Assembly: GCA_050273025.1 (NCBI GenBank) | Contig: CP158635.1 | Span: forward strand, 26,350,001-26,414,000 | Origin: Cenococcum geophilum | Taxonomy: Eukaryota | Direction of reading: 5' to 3' | Length of the DNA stretch: 64,000 bases | Part shown: positions 25,314 to 38,711 of the stretch, in pieces | Position numbering within the stretch: the first letter of the stretch is position 1 | Layout of the letters: each line of letters opens with the position of its first letter | Program-made: the position numbers and the translations under genes | The notes under the pieces: generated by a model | What the model was told of the DNA's origin: nothing | Database searches by the model: none | Seen by the model: the letters and a program-made list of their open reading frames with translations, nothing else

Positions 25314-25819
25314 ATCCTTTTATAATTTAATTCTATCCTTTTACTTACTAATATCTCTTTACTAGAAGCCTAGTAGGAGTTACCTCCTTTGCCGTTACTC
25401 TAGCGGTTCCTAAAGAAGGTTACGTAACTCTAATTTTAACGTAGAGTTTTCCTATATAAAAGATACCTAAAAAATTAATCGCCCGTTATAACGCAGTAAT
25501 ATTAATCCGGCTATATAGCCAATCCTCCCTATATATTATTATATATATATAAAACAGCTCCTAAAGTAAAAAGTAGCGCCTCTTAATAGCACTAAATTTA
25601 GAAGCTAAAATTGAAATTTTAGGTAGGACTCGTTACTTTATTTTAAAGTTAGTAAACTAAATTAAATAGCGCGATTTCTGGTTAAGTCTAAACTAGTATA
25701 TAATTTCCTTATTAGGAAAGATTATTTTTTATATTTAATAAAGCCATTACGGTTTTAGCTTTGCGTATACTATAAGGCTATAATAATATTAGGTTGCATT
25801 TGTAAGCGATAAGGCTTAA

Positions 25820-28800
25820 TGTTGGAATGTTAGTTATATAACGTGGTTATAAGACTATAAAGCGAGACTAGCTAATCTGACCTTGGAGCAAACCCCTATT
25901 TCTAGATATTATTAACTACTAACTTTAATACCGCATACGTACCACTATAAGTGATATTCGTATATGTTAATAAAGCGAGTATACCGACACTGATTAGTAG
26001 ACGTATAGATTAGGAAATATGTAATAGTAAAGCTTGAAACTACGCATTAGCTTAACTGCTAACGCGTTAAATTGCAGAGCTATCGCCCTATTTTAGTTAA
26101 AGGAGAAAACTATATTACCCTCGAAGCTCGAGACTACGTATTAGCTTACTAATGTATTAGATCGCCTAGAGAATCATACCTTTACTTAAAGAGAGCTATG
26201 TTACCCTTAAAGCTTAAAACTACGCATTAGCTTAACTATTAACGCGTTAAATTACCTAGAGGACTCTTAAAGCTTAAAACCATATATTAACTTAACTGTT
26301 AACGCGTTAGATCGCCTAAAGGACTATATCTTTACTAAGAATTATCTACAGTTTCTAAGAACTGTAGATTTGTTAATAGGATATATACACACCTTTTTAT
26401 CCTTACTTTAAACCTTAACTTCTTTAAACTAATAACTACCCTTATACCTACCCTTACACCTACCCTTATATATAAAGACACGACAATATAGAAATTAACT
26501 AGAAGGAAAGAATTACTAAATATGGCTACGGAATCGACTTAGAGATGGTTATGAATAATGACCTAACGGAGTATATAGAGACTAAGATGCACCTATATAT
26601 ACAATTTAACCTTATAGACTTTACACTATGGATAGTGTTTTAGGAAGACTTTAAGAACTTTACGTTAGAGACCTTTAAACGAGTATAATCTAATACTAAA
26701 ATGGGAATCCGTTAATACCTAGTTAAGAGAGGAGTATATGTTGCTAAGTAAAATAAGAGATACTTCCTTAGCAAGGTGCTAACAGACGTCGCTAATAAAG
26801 AAGAGTTTTATAAATAGACGGATAAGGAGCTTATCGCGGCCCTTATAGAGGTAAAACTAATAATTATAATAACTCTATAAGACTAACTTAATTCGACCTT
26901 AGACAAGCTTGCTATACCTTTAGCCCTATTACTAGCTACTCTACTAACTCCACCAGCTATTCTAGCTACTGTACCACTAGCTACTTTAATTACTGCACCG
27001 CCAGCTACTCTAATTGCTACTCTCGCTACCCCTACTACCCCTCCTAGTCCTTAATTCTTTAACTATAACTAAATCTATACTTTTATTAACTAATTACTAT
27101 GGCCAGAAGAGCAGCAGCCGTAGTAGCTATAGCAGCTATAGTAGCCGCAGTAGCTATATATATATACACCACCTAAACTAGCCGTGCCTAGTGCGGAGTA
27201 AGGACCTAGATATAGTAAGGAGGTAGCTATAATTGCGAAAATCTATATAGACGACTAAAAGTATAATAGAGTTAATAACAGCTTCGACTTTAAGCTAACT
27301 ATCTTCTATAACATCTGTAAGAGATCTGGCTTACTACTAGAAGGCTACGTAGTGGCATTCCCTAGTATACTAAAAGGGCTTGCTTAGGACCACTACTATA
27401 ATAGTAACCTTAAGTTAAGACCTTTTACGGAAGCCTATAACCACATATAATAGTTCTTTAAAGGGCTAGAATACTACCGTAAGAACCTTATAGAGTGGAA
27501 CAGTATAACCCTCTAAGGAGTTATAGACGAGAACCCTAATAAGTTAATTTATTAGAACTTCTAACTGCTTATAGATAAACTGCTAAAGTAACATTATAGA
27601 CTATACCTAGACTTTTATACAAACCGTATTTTTATAAATAAGTTAGTTACTACTTACTAGGGAGTGCTAGTATGCTATATCGCTGTCTCTAACCCTTTAA
27701 AAAACCTTTCTTAGTTAATTAGTAAGCTACAATCCTCTATTATTACGTGGGAAAAAGAATACCCCCTATAGGCCTTAATAAGATTATTTTACCAAACCTT
27801 TTTTACGGATTAACGTTACTATTAAAATAACCAAAATCGAGACTAAAACACTAATCGCTATAGTAGTAATCGCCCCTATAGAACTAACGGCGGATTAAAG
27901 GCTAAGTGCTATATCTGCAAGAAGGAGGACTACTGTTTGTGGAAATATATAAAGGAGGAGCGTAATTAATCTAGAGACAACTATAAGAGACGTTTTATTA
28001 ATATTAAGGGCCGCAATAAGGGTAACTTTAACAACTACTTTAAATAATACGTTACCGCCTGCGAAAGAGATAAAGAGGATAACTTAGACTTTAAAGCCTA
28101 TATATAAGACGCTAACGACTTTAGGAGCAATGCCGGAGAATCTAATAATAGTTCTGTTTATATTACTACCTTTAGAACACTTACTATAGAGGAAGCAACC
28201 TCTATAAGTGTAGAGCTAGCTAATAAGGCTTATATATACCTACTTATAGCTTTAGAACTTACTATGGAGTCTATTATAAAACCTTATATAGAGATTAACC
28301 TATTCGCCTGTAATATAACTATAACTATAGCGTTACGATATACCTTAACGGTCTTTATAGGAATTATAATTAATACAGGTGCTTCGCGTAAGTCTATAGC
28401 TAGCTATAGCCAATTCTAAGCCCTATAGGCCGTAGATAAGTCTATAAGTCTTAATACGTTAACTAAGGGCCAAGTAACTATCTAATTTGGGATTGGAGCC
28501 TCTACGTCTATCGGAACTATAGACGTTAACAGCCCTATAGGCAAGATATAATTCCATATTATTAAAGTAGATACTCCTTTTCTACTTTACTTAGCAGATA
28601 TAGATAGACTCTATATTAAATACGATAACCTAAAGGACGTTATTATTACTCGCACTAAAAAGGTGCTAGTAGTTAGACAATTTGGCCACCCGTTTCTTAT
28701 ATAGAGCTTCTCTTTATAGTTTTATCTAGTTAAGTCCTTTAACGCGAACCCTTACTACTTAACTAACGTAGAGCTACGACGTCTATACCGTCGATTTGGT

Positions 28801-31800
28801 TACCTATTAGTTAATAGACTATAAAAGCTTCTTAATAAGACTGGCTATAGCTATAATACTAATAAATCTACTATTGAAGAGCTAACTAGACTCTATTACT
28901 ACTGCTAAAAGTTTAGCAGATTTCTAAGTAGATTTCGCTTTACCTTATAAGATGACGTTAATTTTAACTATAATATTATCGTTGACATTATATATATTAG
29001 CGGCTCCCCCCTACTATACGTAGTTAACAAAGTAACTTAATTTTAAACTAGTAGATAGCTATAAGATATTAGCGCTAAGCACACTTAGGATATTCTATAA
29101 ATGTGCTAGATTAATAGCTATTTAGGACTACTAGACTTAATTACTATAGACGCTAAGAAGAACTTTATTAGTAAGGAGTTTAAGCACTACGCTGCTACTA
29201 TAGGAGTAACTATAAAGTTAGTTTTAGTCGAATCACACAATTCCATTAGAATGGTAGAGCGCTACTACAGTCCGCTATAACGAGCCTACCAAATTATTAT
29301 ATCTAAAATCCCTAAAATCAGCAAGGAGATGGCCCTATAAATGGCTTTTAAAGCTATTAATAACACGGCTAGCCTAAAAGGCCTAGTCCCTACACTCCTA
29401 GTCTTTAGAGCCTACCCCTAAATAGTTAAATTGGACGCACTATTACCTTTAGTTATATAGCGAGCTGCGGCTATTAAGAAAGCAATGGTGGAAATCTAGA
29501 AGCTTTAAGCTGAACGATAGATTGCTAACACTCTTAATACGCGAAATGGATAACAAACTAATGCTATTTACGGTCTTCTACCTAGTTCGCCTATCTTAGT
29601 CTAAAGATAAGGCAATACTGGCTAAAGTAGTTATTGGGACGGGCTATATATACTACTTGCCGTTAACGGTAAGACCTATACTATAAAGCTACTAAATAGG
29701 CCTACGACCTTCTACTTTATAGTTATAAAACTTTACCTACTAGACCTATAAGACTTAGTCGAACTATAAGAGTCTGTTAAATTAGTTAAACTAGTACCTA
29801 TACTAGCTGAACTTTAATTATTACCTAAAGCTAAACTATAGCTACCGCTAAAGTGAGGTAGAGGTCGCCCCTATAAATACCTATTGCTTACGGCCGTTAT
29901 AGATACAGCTATTATAGATACTATAATAGATATAGATGCCCTTATGGGTAATATTATAGATATAGCTAATATTACTATCTACTTATAGGATAACGATACC
30001 GTAGATATAGCTAATACTACTATTTACTTACAGAACGATAGCAATACCTAGTTTAGCGCTTTACGGCAAAAGGAGGTTATAAGCCTACTTAAGAAAGGCG
30101 TCTTTAAGATTATTAAGCTATATAATATACTAAAGGGGGTTAAACTCTTTAATTTACGGTTTATTAATAAGATTAAGAATAAGGGAACTAATAAAGCCTT
30201 TAAGAAATTATAACTTGTTATATAGGCTTATAACGATTTAGAGAAAGAGCTAGTCCTTACTTAGTTACTAATAATTTAACAAGTTAGCTAGCGGCTAATT
30301 CTCTATATCGCTGCTACGCTACTATAAATATAACTCTACCTCTAAGATATCTTATAAGCCTACGTCCAGTCTACTATAAACCTAAATTGCGAGTTTTATA
30401 TACGACTACCACATAAGCTAAATAAATAATTGGGAATTAATAAGGACTCCGTACTAAAGGTTATAAAGCCACTTTATAGAGTACCTAAAGCTAGAAACTA
30501 CTGGTTTAAGACCTACTATTTATACTATATTAATTAGCTGTAAATAGACCAGTCTATATATAACCCTTGCTTGCTTTATAGTAATAAACCTTTTAAAATT
30601 ATTGGCTTATAGACTGATAATACGCTATTCCTTATAGATAATACCTTTATAGAAGCTAAATAAAGCGAACTATATAAGGCTGAATTTATAGCTAAGGAGC
30701 GAAAGCAACTAACTACTAATATACTAGTTAAGTTTAATAGAGGACTTATTTAATTGGTATAAGATAAGAGTATTATGCTAACGTAAAAGCGCTAGTGTAA
30801 GAACCTTAGTATAGTTAATACTACGCCGGCAGACAGCACTAGCTCTAAAGGAATTACGCGCGGCCTACTTACGCTAAAGGACTAGTATATCGCTTAATGC
30901 GCTAGAGGAGCCTATATCGCCTTAGTCTGTTAACTAGAGGCTTTATTTAACTTATTCTTTGCTGCCTAAGTAACTAATCCTAAAGAGGTAGACGCAAAGG
31001 AGTTAAATAAGCGCCTAAGTTGGCAGATTTAGAACTTATATAGAGGTCTTAAGTTTATTAAATTAGAGGCTAAGACTCTATAGCTCTTAGTCTTTATAGA
31101 CGCTTCCTTTACTAATAATAAGGACCTCTTTTCGCAAATTAGCTATATTATTATACTAGCTGACGTAACTAAGAAGGCTAACGTTATCTATTAGAGCTTA
31201 ATTAAGTATAAAAGAGTTACTAGAAGCGTTCTGGCTTCTAAACTCTACGGAATGGCTTATAGCTTTAATATTGCTATCGCTATTAAGTTTACGGTAGACA
31301 AGGTCCTATAGATTAACCTCTTACTTATACTTTATACTAATTCTAAGTCGCTATATAACTGTCTTATACAACTTAGAACTATATAAGAGAAGCGATTAAT
31401 AATTAATATAATATGCCTACGATAAGCCTATAAACGTTAGCAGATTACGGAGGTTAAATGGATTAATAGTAAAGCTAACCCTACGGACGCGATGACTAAG
31501 GGGAAGCTTTACGTCGCCCTATAGCGACTTATTAATATAAACTAGGTTAATATATAGGCTATAGGTTAGGTAGAGCGTAAGGAGTAATAGAAGGTAGTTT
31601 TTAGGTTGTGACGGTGCTAGGGTACGCCACCTATTATATTTTACGGACCCTGAATTTAACTAGCTAATTAGGATTTTCTATCCCTAGGATAGAAAATCGC
31701 TATTAGCTTGCTTACTACTAGCGCCTTAGCGGCCCTTATAATATGTTAACCTACTACCCCTAATAATCCTTCTCCTTCTTTTCCTTAGCTTAGTGTCCCC

Positions 31801-32172
31801 GTAATACAACATTCTATAAGCTTTAGTTTAGAGGTATTAGTATAAGCTATAATACTAGTTATGTAATTACGGACCTATAAGAGGAGCGTGGAAACTATTG
31901 CGTATTAATTAGATCTTTAGCTATTGCGTATATGCTATAAATAGTCTAGAAATAGACTTGGCTTTAGAGTATAGATTAGCCTTTTTCTTAGAGTTGCTCT
32001 AGTGTCAGAATGTTAGTTATGTGACGTGGTTATAAAACTATAAAGTAAGACTAGCTAATCTGACCTTGGAGCAAACCCTTATTTTTAGACATTATTAACT
32101 ACTAACTTTAATACCGTATACGTACCACTATAAGTGATATTTGTGTACGTTGATAAAGCGAGTATACTAATA
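25820..32172 (+). mobile_element. Ty1/Copia LTR retrotransposon, full length, RIP-mutated
   Basis: 170-bp LTRs at 25820-25989 and 32003-32172; TSD CTTAA. gag from about 26522, then integrase (VDIIYI..LYVVN, about 28980), RT (about 30050-31000) and RNase H ending NPTDAMTK (about 31480). IN-RT-RH order. Confidence 0.95.
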
Positions 32173-33867
32173 CTTAAGTATATTACTAAGCTTACTAAAC
32201 AATTATTTGCAGTTGTAGCTTAATAGTAGTATACTTAGTATATTAAGCGCCATTTAACTAAAGTTAGGAAACTCTATTACTATTATCCTTTAGTATAAAA
32301 ATAGATCGTAAGCTAGTAGGTAATCTTCTACTAATGGATTAAGTTTCTTTTACTACTTATACTTACCTTCTTAATTATTTAAGGAAGGTGCTATAGTAAA
32401 GGCGGTGCCTATAAAGCTTCTAATATAGTTATTAATATTAGATTATAGGGGCTAATTCTTCTTAGAGGCTTACCTTACTAACTATAGTTTCTTTCTTTTA
32501 TACTTAAGCCAGAGCTTTTAGAAGAAAGCGTTATAGCTAGTTATCTAATTAGGTCTCTCTTTCTAGTTATTTTAGTAGAATTGCTTAAGGTTAGGGTATA
32601 ATAGGTAAGCTGTGTAGTAGATAGGCGTCTAATTAAGCGCTATGTAGTATTTTTAAAGCTTCGCCCACTTACGATTAATATTAATTTCGTAGTAATCCTT
32701 AATCGTATCTTAATTAGAATAATCCTCTATTATCGCCTTAGTTAATTAAGCTTTAGCTTCTTTATAGTGTCTTATTAGAAACTCTATATAAGAAATAACT
32801 TCCTATATCGCGCTATTGCGCCTAGCCGTGCCTTTTTCTTTAAGCTTAAGTATAGCTTACTAAAGCGGCTTAAGAAGCTAAATATATTACTTAATAACGT
32901 CCTAATTATAGGAAGTAAGGCCGCCGACTTATATATAGAGAGGATAATTAAGGGGCTTCTAATGCAGATTTGGATTCTTTTTACGTTATTAACTAGACTT
33001 AATTATCGCAAGCTTCCTATTCTACTTATTAATATTATGCTGCATTATTAAGGAAATAGGGCCTTAAAGCTTAATAGCCCGTTTAAATATTATTAAATAA
33101 CTATTCCACCTAGTCTTAACAGGCTTAATAAGCTTAAGGACTTTAAAATCGGCATATAGTAGTATAGCGTTCTTCTCTTACTAAAAGGCATAGAATTATT
33201 TATACTTTTATAGCGAGTAAATTAAGTAAATAAAATTAATAAGAGTTCTAAGCGGGCCTTCCTTTTGCCGCTCCTCTAGGAACTGCTGCTCTTCCTATAA
33301 AAGTCTTAGTTTTAATTAAATTAATAGTAGAAGAACGCCTACCTACGGTTAAGTTCTTATTACCGTTTTTAAATATATCTTTATCGGTTCTAAATAGACT
33401 TAATTAAGCCACTAGATTAAATATATAGGTAGTACACCGTACTTAACGTTACTTTTTATTAAATCTAAGCTCTACTGTGAGAAAGTTAATATAGGTGTTG
33501 TTATTATAGGCGTTATCTATAATAAACTAGCCAATTTAACTACTAAGATTATACTTAGTAATGATATTACTAATAACGTTATAGTAGTTATAGCCGCTAT
33601 ATAGGCTAAGCTGCTCTAGTAAAGTAAGTATAAAGTCTTAAATCTAGCCTTAATTATCTAAATAGTAAATATAGACACTAGTAAGAGCTTTCTTCTTATC
33701 GCGCGTTGTCTAGCTATTAAATAATATATAAAATCTTGTTATTAATCGCGCCAGTTCTTCTATTACCACACCTTTATTGCCATTATATTTAGTAAGAACT
33801 TAATTATAAATTACCTTATAGTTTTAGTATAGATTAAGCTTAGCATCCTTATTTACGGCCGCAATTA

Positions 33868-35513
33868 TATTAGCAAAATATGGTACCCTACTAATGGCCT
33901 CAATGGCTAGTGGTTGACGCAATTAGCGCGCAGTTAAGGGCATTTGGCAACTCGACCGACTAGCCTATATCGTGTTTTTTTTAATACAGCCTGCGCGTAA
34001 CCTGCTAGCAATCCGCCAGCAATCTGCGCATTTAGCAACCACAATTATATTTACCTCTTTTATACTAATAGCATATTTTAAATAAATAAAAGCTACTTTA
34101 AAGCTATTTATAAGGCTAATAAAATAAATATTATTATTTTAGATAATTTAATATAATATAGCGATGGTTCTCTTCTACCTATCTACCTATTAACTTACCT
34201 ACCTGCCTATCTACCTACCTACCTATATTACCTACCTATCTGCATTACCTACTGTCTACATCGCCTACCTATTTGCATCTGCCTACTTATCTATATCTGC
34301 CTATCCGTCAGCATCTGCCTACCTGTTAGCATCTGCCTACCTATCTATATCTACTTGCCTATCTGCATCTGCTTACCTATATATATCTACTTACCTATCT
34401 ATATCTGCTTACCTGTCTGCATCTACTTACCTGTTTGCATCTGCCTACCCGTCAGCATCTCCCTATTTGTGCCTACCTGTCTGTGCTACCTTGATTCGAT
34501 CGATCGATCGAATCGTTTATAGTGTTCGCTAGCTAGTCGTTGTCGTCTGGTTCTGGCGACGGTTGTCTGTCTCTGGCGACGGTCGTCTGTCTCTGGCGAC
34601 GGTCGTCTGGTTCTAGTGACGGTCGTCTGGTTCTGGCGACGGTCGTCTAGCTCTAGCGACGGTCGTCTGTCTCTGGCGATAGTCGTCTGGCGACGGCGAC
34701 GGTTGTCTAGTTCTAGCGATAGTCATCTAGTTCTAGCAACGGTCCTCTACTGGCTGCCGTTCTAGTGCCTCCCTAGGTAGGGAGGATGTAAGGAAGGAAG
34801 GAAGGGTAAAAAATAAGGCGGCTATATAGGCAGAGATACGTGTAGAGGCTATTGGGAATATAGCGGGGACCCGATGCAGAGCTTCGCGTAGAGCCTCCGT
34901 ACGCAGAGCTTCGCGCAGAGCTTTGTGTAGAGCCTCTATACGTAGAGCTTCGTGCAGAGCTTCGTGCAGAGCTTCGTGCAGAGCCTCTGTACACAGAGCT
35001 TCGCGCAAAGCCTCGTGCAGAGCCTCGTGCAGAGCCTCTGTACGTAGAGCTTTATATAAAGCTTCGTGTAGAGCTTTATATAGAGCCTTATACAGAGCCT
35101 TATGTAGAGCCTTATGTAGAGCCTCTAAGTAATAAGACTATATAAGATTATATAAGATTGCATAATTAGTATATAACTTTACCTTAATTGCATGTTAAGG
35201 AATATATAGTTAGCTTTTAAAGTTATTAAGTAGGTTAACTGCGTGTTATTTAACTTTTAAATATGTTAAGTAGGTCAACTATATATTATTTAACTTTTAA
35301 ATATATTAAGTTAGTTAATTGCGTATTAAGTTAGTTAAATTATATATTAAGTTAGTTAATTACGTATTAAGTTAGTTAAATTGCGTGTTAAGTTAGTCAA
35401 TTGCGTATTAAGTTGGTTAATTACGTGTCAAGTTGGTCAAATTGCATGTCAATTACGCGAAACGCGCTACACAAAGTCTACTTAAATCTCATCCTACCAA
35501 TATTTTCCCAATA
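33868..35513. mobile_element. non-coding TIR element built of several tandem-repeat arrays
   Basis: Imperfect TIRs TATTAGCAAAATATGG / (rc) TATTGGGAAAATATTGG; 2-bp TA duplication. Removing it restores the hAT frame (..FYAL-IAAVN..). Confidence 0.8.
34176..35455. repeat. four tandem arrays: CCTA / 16-bp GCATCTGCCTACCTAT (~34176-34490), 20-bp CTGGCGACGGTCGTCTGTCT (~34540-34745), 12-bp GCAGAGCTTCGT (~34875-35125), 20/21-bp AAGTTAGTTAATTGCGTATT (~35225-35455)
   Basis: Periodicity directly visible. Confidence 0.9.
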
Positions 35514-37049
35514 TAGGGCATAAAATTTAGGTTGCTTAACTTCTCGCAGAGGGTGGTTTCTAGCGGCGATTTATAGTATAACTGCTTATTTAAAGATATT
35601 AGAGTTATAGGACTTAATAAGCTTATTAGCAACTGCTTACAATATATAATAGGTTTATTAAATCTACTCTAGAATAGTTAAGGCCTTTCGCTTTTAAGAC
35701 ATTATATAATTAATAGGACTATAAGAATTAACCTAGTGGCCATCTATATCCTTAGCAAGGTATCCTACTATAGAAGTAGTAGCTCTATTAGTCTTATATA
35801 ATGTCACCTTAATCTTATATAGATAGCAGTATTTATATAAGAAAATGGTTATTTTCTTACTAAATTTTTGCTAGAGCCGCCAGCTATAGTCCTATATAAA
35901 GCTTAGAGTTCTAAAGAGGTCTTAATAAGGCTGTTAATATCTCTCTACACGGTCCTAATTAAGGCCTTCGTATTTGTCCTAGGGGGAGGTTAATTCTAAT
36001 AAGGTATTGGAAGCTTTATAGGCTTCGCTAGGCGTAATTATAGGCGCAATTATAGGCGCGTTCTCTGCTAAATTAATAAGGCCAGCTTTAGTAAGATGGG
36101 AAGATATAATATAGGTAGTATAGCGATAGGAATTAGTAGGTAAAAGAGGAGACTTTAAAGGGTTAAGTCAGAAAGACGCGTTTAGATGTTTATTTTTGGC
36201 GCGTATATTATAGAACTACCTAAAACTTAACTACTAAGAACCCCCCCTTAACTAAAAACAATACCTATATCTTATATATTAAACGAGCAAACTAACTTAA
36301 TTAAACGAGATAATATAGGGCTTAATTAACTGCTAAAATTAGGCCTCTAGGCTTAATTAGTTATTTAATTATAAAGTAAATAAGTAAACAAACTAGTAAA
36401 TGGGGTTTGTTTATCGGCAAGTTTAAAAGGTAGGGAAAACAACACCTAACGGCAATTTATAAAAGTATAGAAGTATAGCTTAAATAGCAGATAGGGCAAG
36501 ATAGGTAATTAGGGACTAGTAAGTCCTAAAGCAGTTAACCTAATAGTATTTTTCCTCCCGTTAATATAGTACGGGTATACTACCTAGAGGGGTATATACT
36601 ATATTACCTCTTACGTCTCCCTTAGAGGTTTTTTGTACCTACTTTATAGTATTAGTCTATATAGACCTAGATAGGGACCATATTAGACGTTAAATAGAAT
36701 TAATAATATCCGCGTTAATAGACTACTAAATATCTAGGCTTACGCTTATTATATTACAGTGCTACAGTCTTAATTAACTAAGTCGCTGTAATATTTATAA
36801 TATAACGGATATAAATATATATATATATAGCGCCAAGCTTTTAGCCGAATCCTTAACTAGGTACACTGTCTAGGTTATATATAATAATACTATAACAAAA
36901 TTTTAATAAAGCTTTGTTAATATTTTAATATATATATATTTTTTTTATTAGTAAGGAATAGGCGTATATCCACAGTATGGTATTAAGCGTTAGTTAATTA
37001 ATCTAAGAGCTTAGTTACTATAAAAGTTTGTTATACTAAAAATATACTA

Positions 37050-37196
37050 ACGTAGTTAACCGGGCTTTGACCACTCCCTAAGTTATAACCGATTTGAACT
37101 TTATTAGTTATTTACCACCAAATTAACATTTCGGCTAATTTTAAATTTCCAAATTGGTTATAACCTAAGGAGCGGTCAAAACCCCGTTAACTGCGT
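37050..37196. mobile_element. pogo/Fot1-type MITE (147 bp)
   Basis: ~47-bp TIRs starting ACGTAGTTAAC / ending GTTAACTGCGT; TA TSD. Confidence 0.85.
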
Positions 37197-37482
37197 TATA
37201 TATAATTAGGATGTCATATAAAAAGAACTATTATAATAGTGTAAAGGTCGCTACCTAAAGAAGAGAAAATGAAACAAGATAAGTCTTAATTAGACTGGTA
37301 GAAGGGAGAAGGAAAGGATAAGATTAAGGTAAAATCCCTTATAAAGGTAGAGCCGAGGGCTCTATATATATAAAGGGGGTGCCAAGGCAGCCTAGCCGAA
37401 TTGAATTAAGGAGCAACCTATATTATATCCGTCCCCTAATTAATAAAAACGTATAAATAGGTAATATATATATATATATATA

Positions 37483-37729
37483 TGTAAGCTTTACAGTGTA
37501 AGGAATTGCATAAACGACTTAATTGTAAATATAGCTCTAAAGTCTCTATATATATACGAAGAAGGTAGAGGTAATAAGATATAAAAGGGTAATAGGTAAC
37601 TAAAATAGGAACAGTGATCTGTAAGCAATATTAATCTGCAATCAATATATATAGGGTGGCGTTGACGCTGTCTTAGAGCCCTCCAAGCGGTGATCTTATA
37701 TCTCAGCATAATGTTGGTAGTCGGTTACA
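37483..37729. mobile_element. solo LTR (247 bp)
   Basis: TGTAAGCTTTACAGTGTA...GGTAGTCGGTTACA; TSD ATATA. Termini shared with 3748-3941. Confidence 0.85.
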
Positions 37730-37852
37730 ATATATATAGGTAGTTTAATCCATAATATCTCTACTATTTACAGCCGGATTTTAATAAAAAAAATAGTACT
37801 ATTAGGTTCGTCTTATCAAGCTCTACATTATATATTTTATAATTATTTTAAT

Positions 37853-37961
37853 AAGCTCTATGAAAATCGGACTCTGCAACACGGTGGAGCCCGGGAACCT
37901 AGCAGTTACTATTGGCGTTCCATTAGGATCATATCAATAGACTGTTAAAGCAAATGCAGAG
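37853..37961 (+). ncRNA. HDV-like ribozyme fold, copy B (variant P1, P3/L3 partly deleted)
   Basis: P1 AAGCTCT (from GGGCTCC) / GGAGCCC, P2 CTCTGC / GCAGAG, P3' GGT, GG after P1', J4/2 GCAAAT. Confidence 0.6.
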
Positions 37962-38711
37962 ACGTGCGTACGGCTGCGCAGCGTCGGCGCAGCAACTTAG
38001 TGGTGGTGTGAAGAATTTTCTGCTGGGAGGGTGAGTAGCAGAGGCTCAAAACACGACCATCACAACGTGCATCGGGTTATTCAAATTACGGCATCTACTT
38101 TCGGCGTCCCCCCTTCCTCCCATACGGCATACAATACAATATATTACACGGCACCTATACCTAACACGGCAACCGAACCGTATACACCCCGGGAAGCCTA
38201 TAATAAACCTCTCGTCTACCCGCCTTTTATACCACCCTACCCAATAGCCTAGATTTACTAAACGCGCGGTATTTCGTCTCCCTCTATTTTTGGCCAGGAT
38301 AGGGGACCTAGGTTAGGGCCTAGGATAAAACACCTAGTTTATCCCACTATTTCTTTAGGGTAAGTCATACAGGACTAGATTATACTATAAGTAAGAGGGC
38401 CGCAGGCGTATATATATATATAGGGTATTTAAGGGAGCTAGGACAGGCAGACATATAACATTACAGCAATCTATAAACATGTAGAAGTATAGCTTAAACA
38501 GCAGATAGGGTAAGATAGGCGATTAGGGACTAAGCCTCAGAGCAGTTAACCTAGTGGTAATTTTTCCTCCCGTTAATGTAGTATAGATGCTATCTGGATG
38601 GGTACATACTATATTACCTCTCGTCTCCTTTAGGGTTTTTTATACCTATATAGCGGTATTAGTCTGCATAGACGTTACTTAGGACCGCATTAGACATTAA
38701 ATGAGAGTTAG
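37853..38711 (+). mobile_element. non-autonomous retroposon copy B (859 bp, uninterrupted)
   Basis: TSD TAATTATTTTAAT (37840-37852 / 38712-38724); head AAATCGGACTCTGCA; tail AGTCTGCATAGAC..GGACCGCATTAGACATTAA resembles the LINE 3' end. Confidence 0.85.

Larger units (their letters stand above)
25740..36110 (-). pseudogene. hAT transposase relic 2, split by Copia (25820-32172) and by element 33868-35513
   Basis: BED-like FI*DYSWRL...FLYKYCYL..ATTS..YL at about 35900-35750; IG*FIIDNAYNNN; R*VRCTTYIFNLVA; dimerization domain FPNFS*MALNILSI..SYNCK*LFSKL continuing in frame across the Copia TSD. Element ends not resolved (about 24682-36448). Confidence 0.85.
24015..36703 (+). mobile_element. non-autonomous retroposon (SINE/SIDE-like) copy A, ~0.92 kb, split by an ~11.8-kb nested insertion
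   Basis: TSD TAATATCCGCGT(C/T)A at 24001-24014 / 36704-36717. 24015-~24681 plus ~36449-36703 are colinear with copy B. LINE-like tail. Confidence 0.85.
23575..36745. mobile_element. MITE (~0.47 kb without inserts) hosting retroposon copy A and its nested elements
   Basis: ~85-bp inverted termini: 23575-23660 versus 23961-24014 joined to 36718-36745 after removing the insert and its TSD. Confidence 0.6.

Noticed and set aside
34733..35132. ORFs with EALH/RASC/SSAR repeats
   Set aside because: By-products of the 12-bp minisatellite, open on both strands.
34540..35455. Regular 20-bp repeats suggestive of a CRISPR array
   Set aside because: Contiguous tandem units with no unique spacers, no cas genes, and a eukaryotic context.
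37212..37445. Possible additional solo LTR starting TGTCA
   Set aside because: No matching TSD or second copy found.
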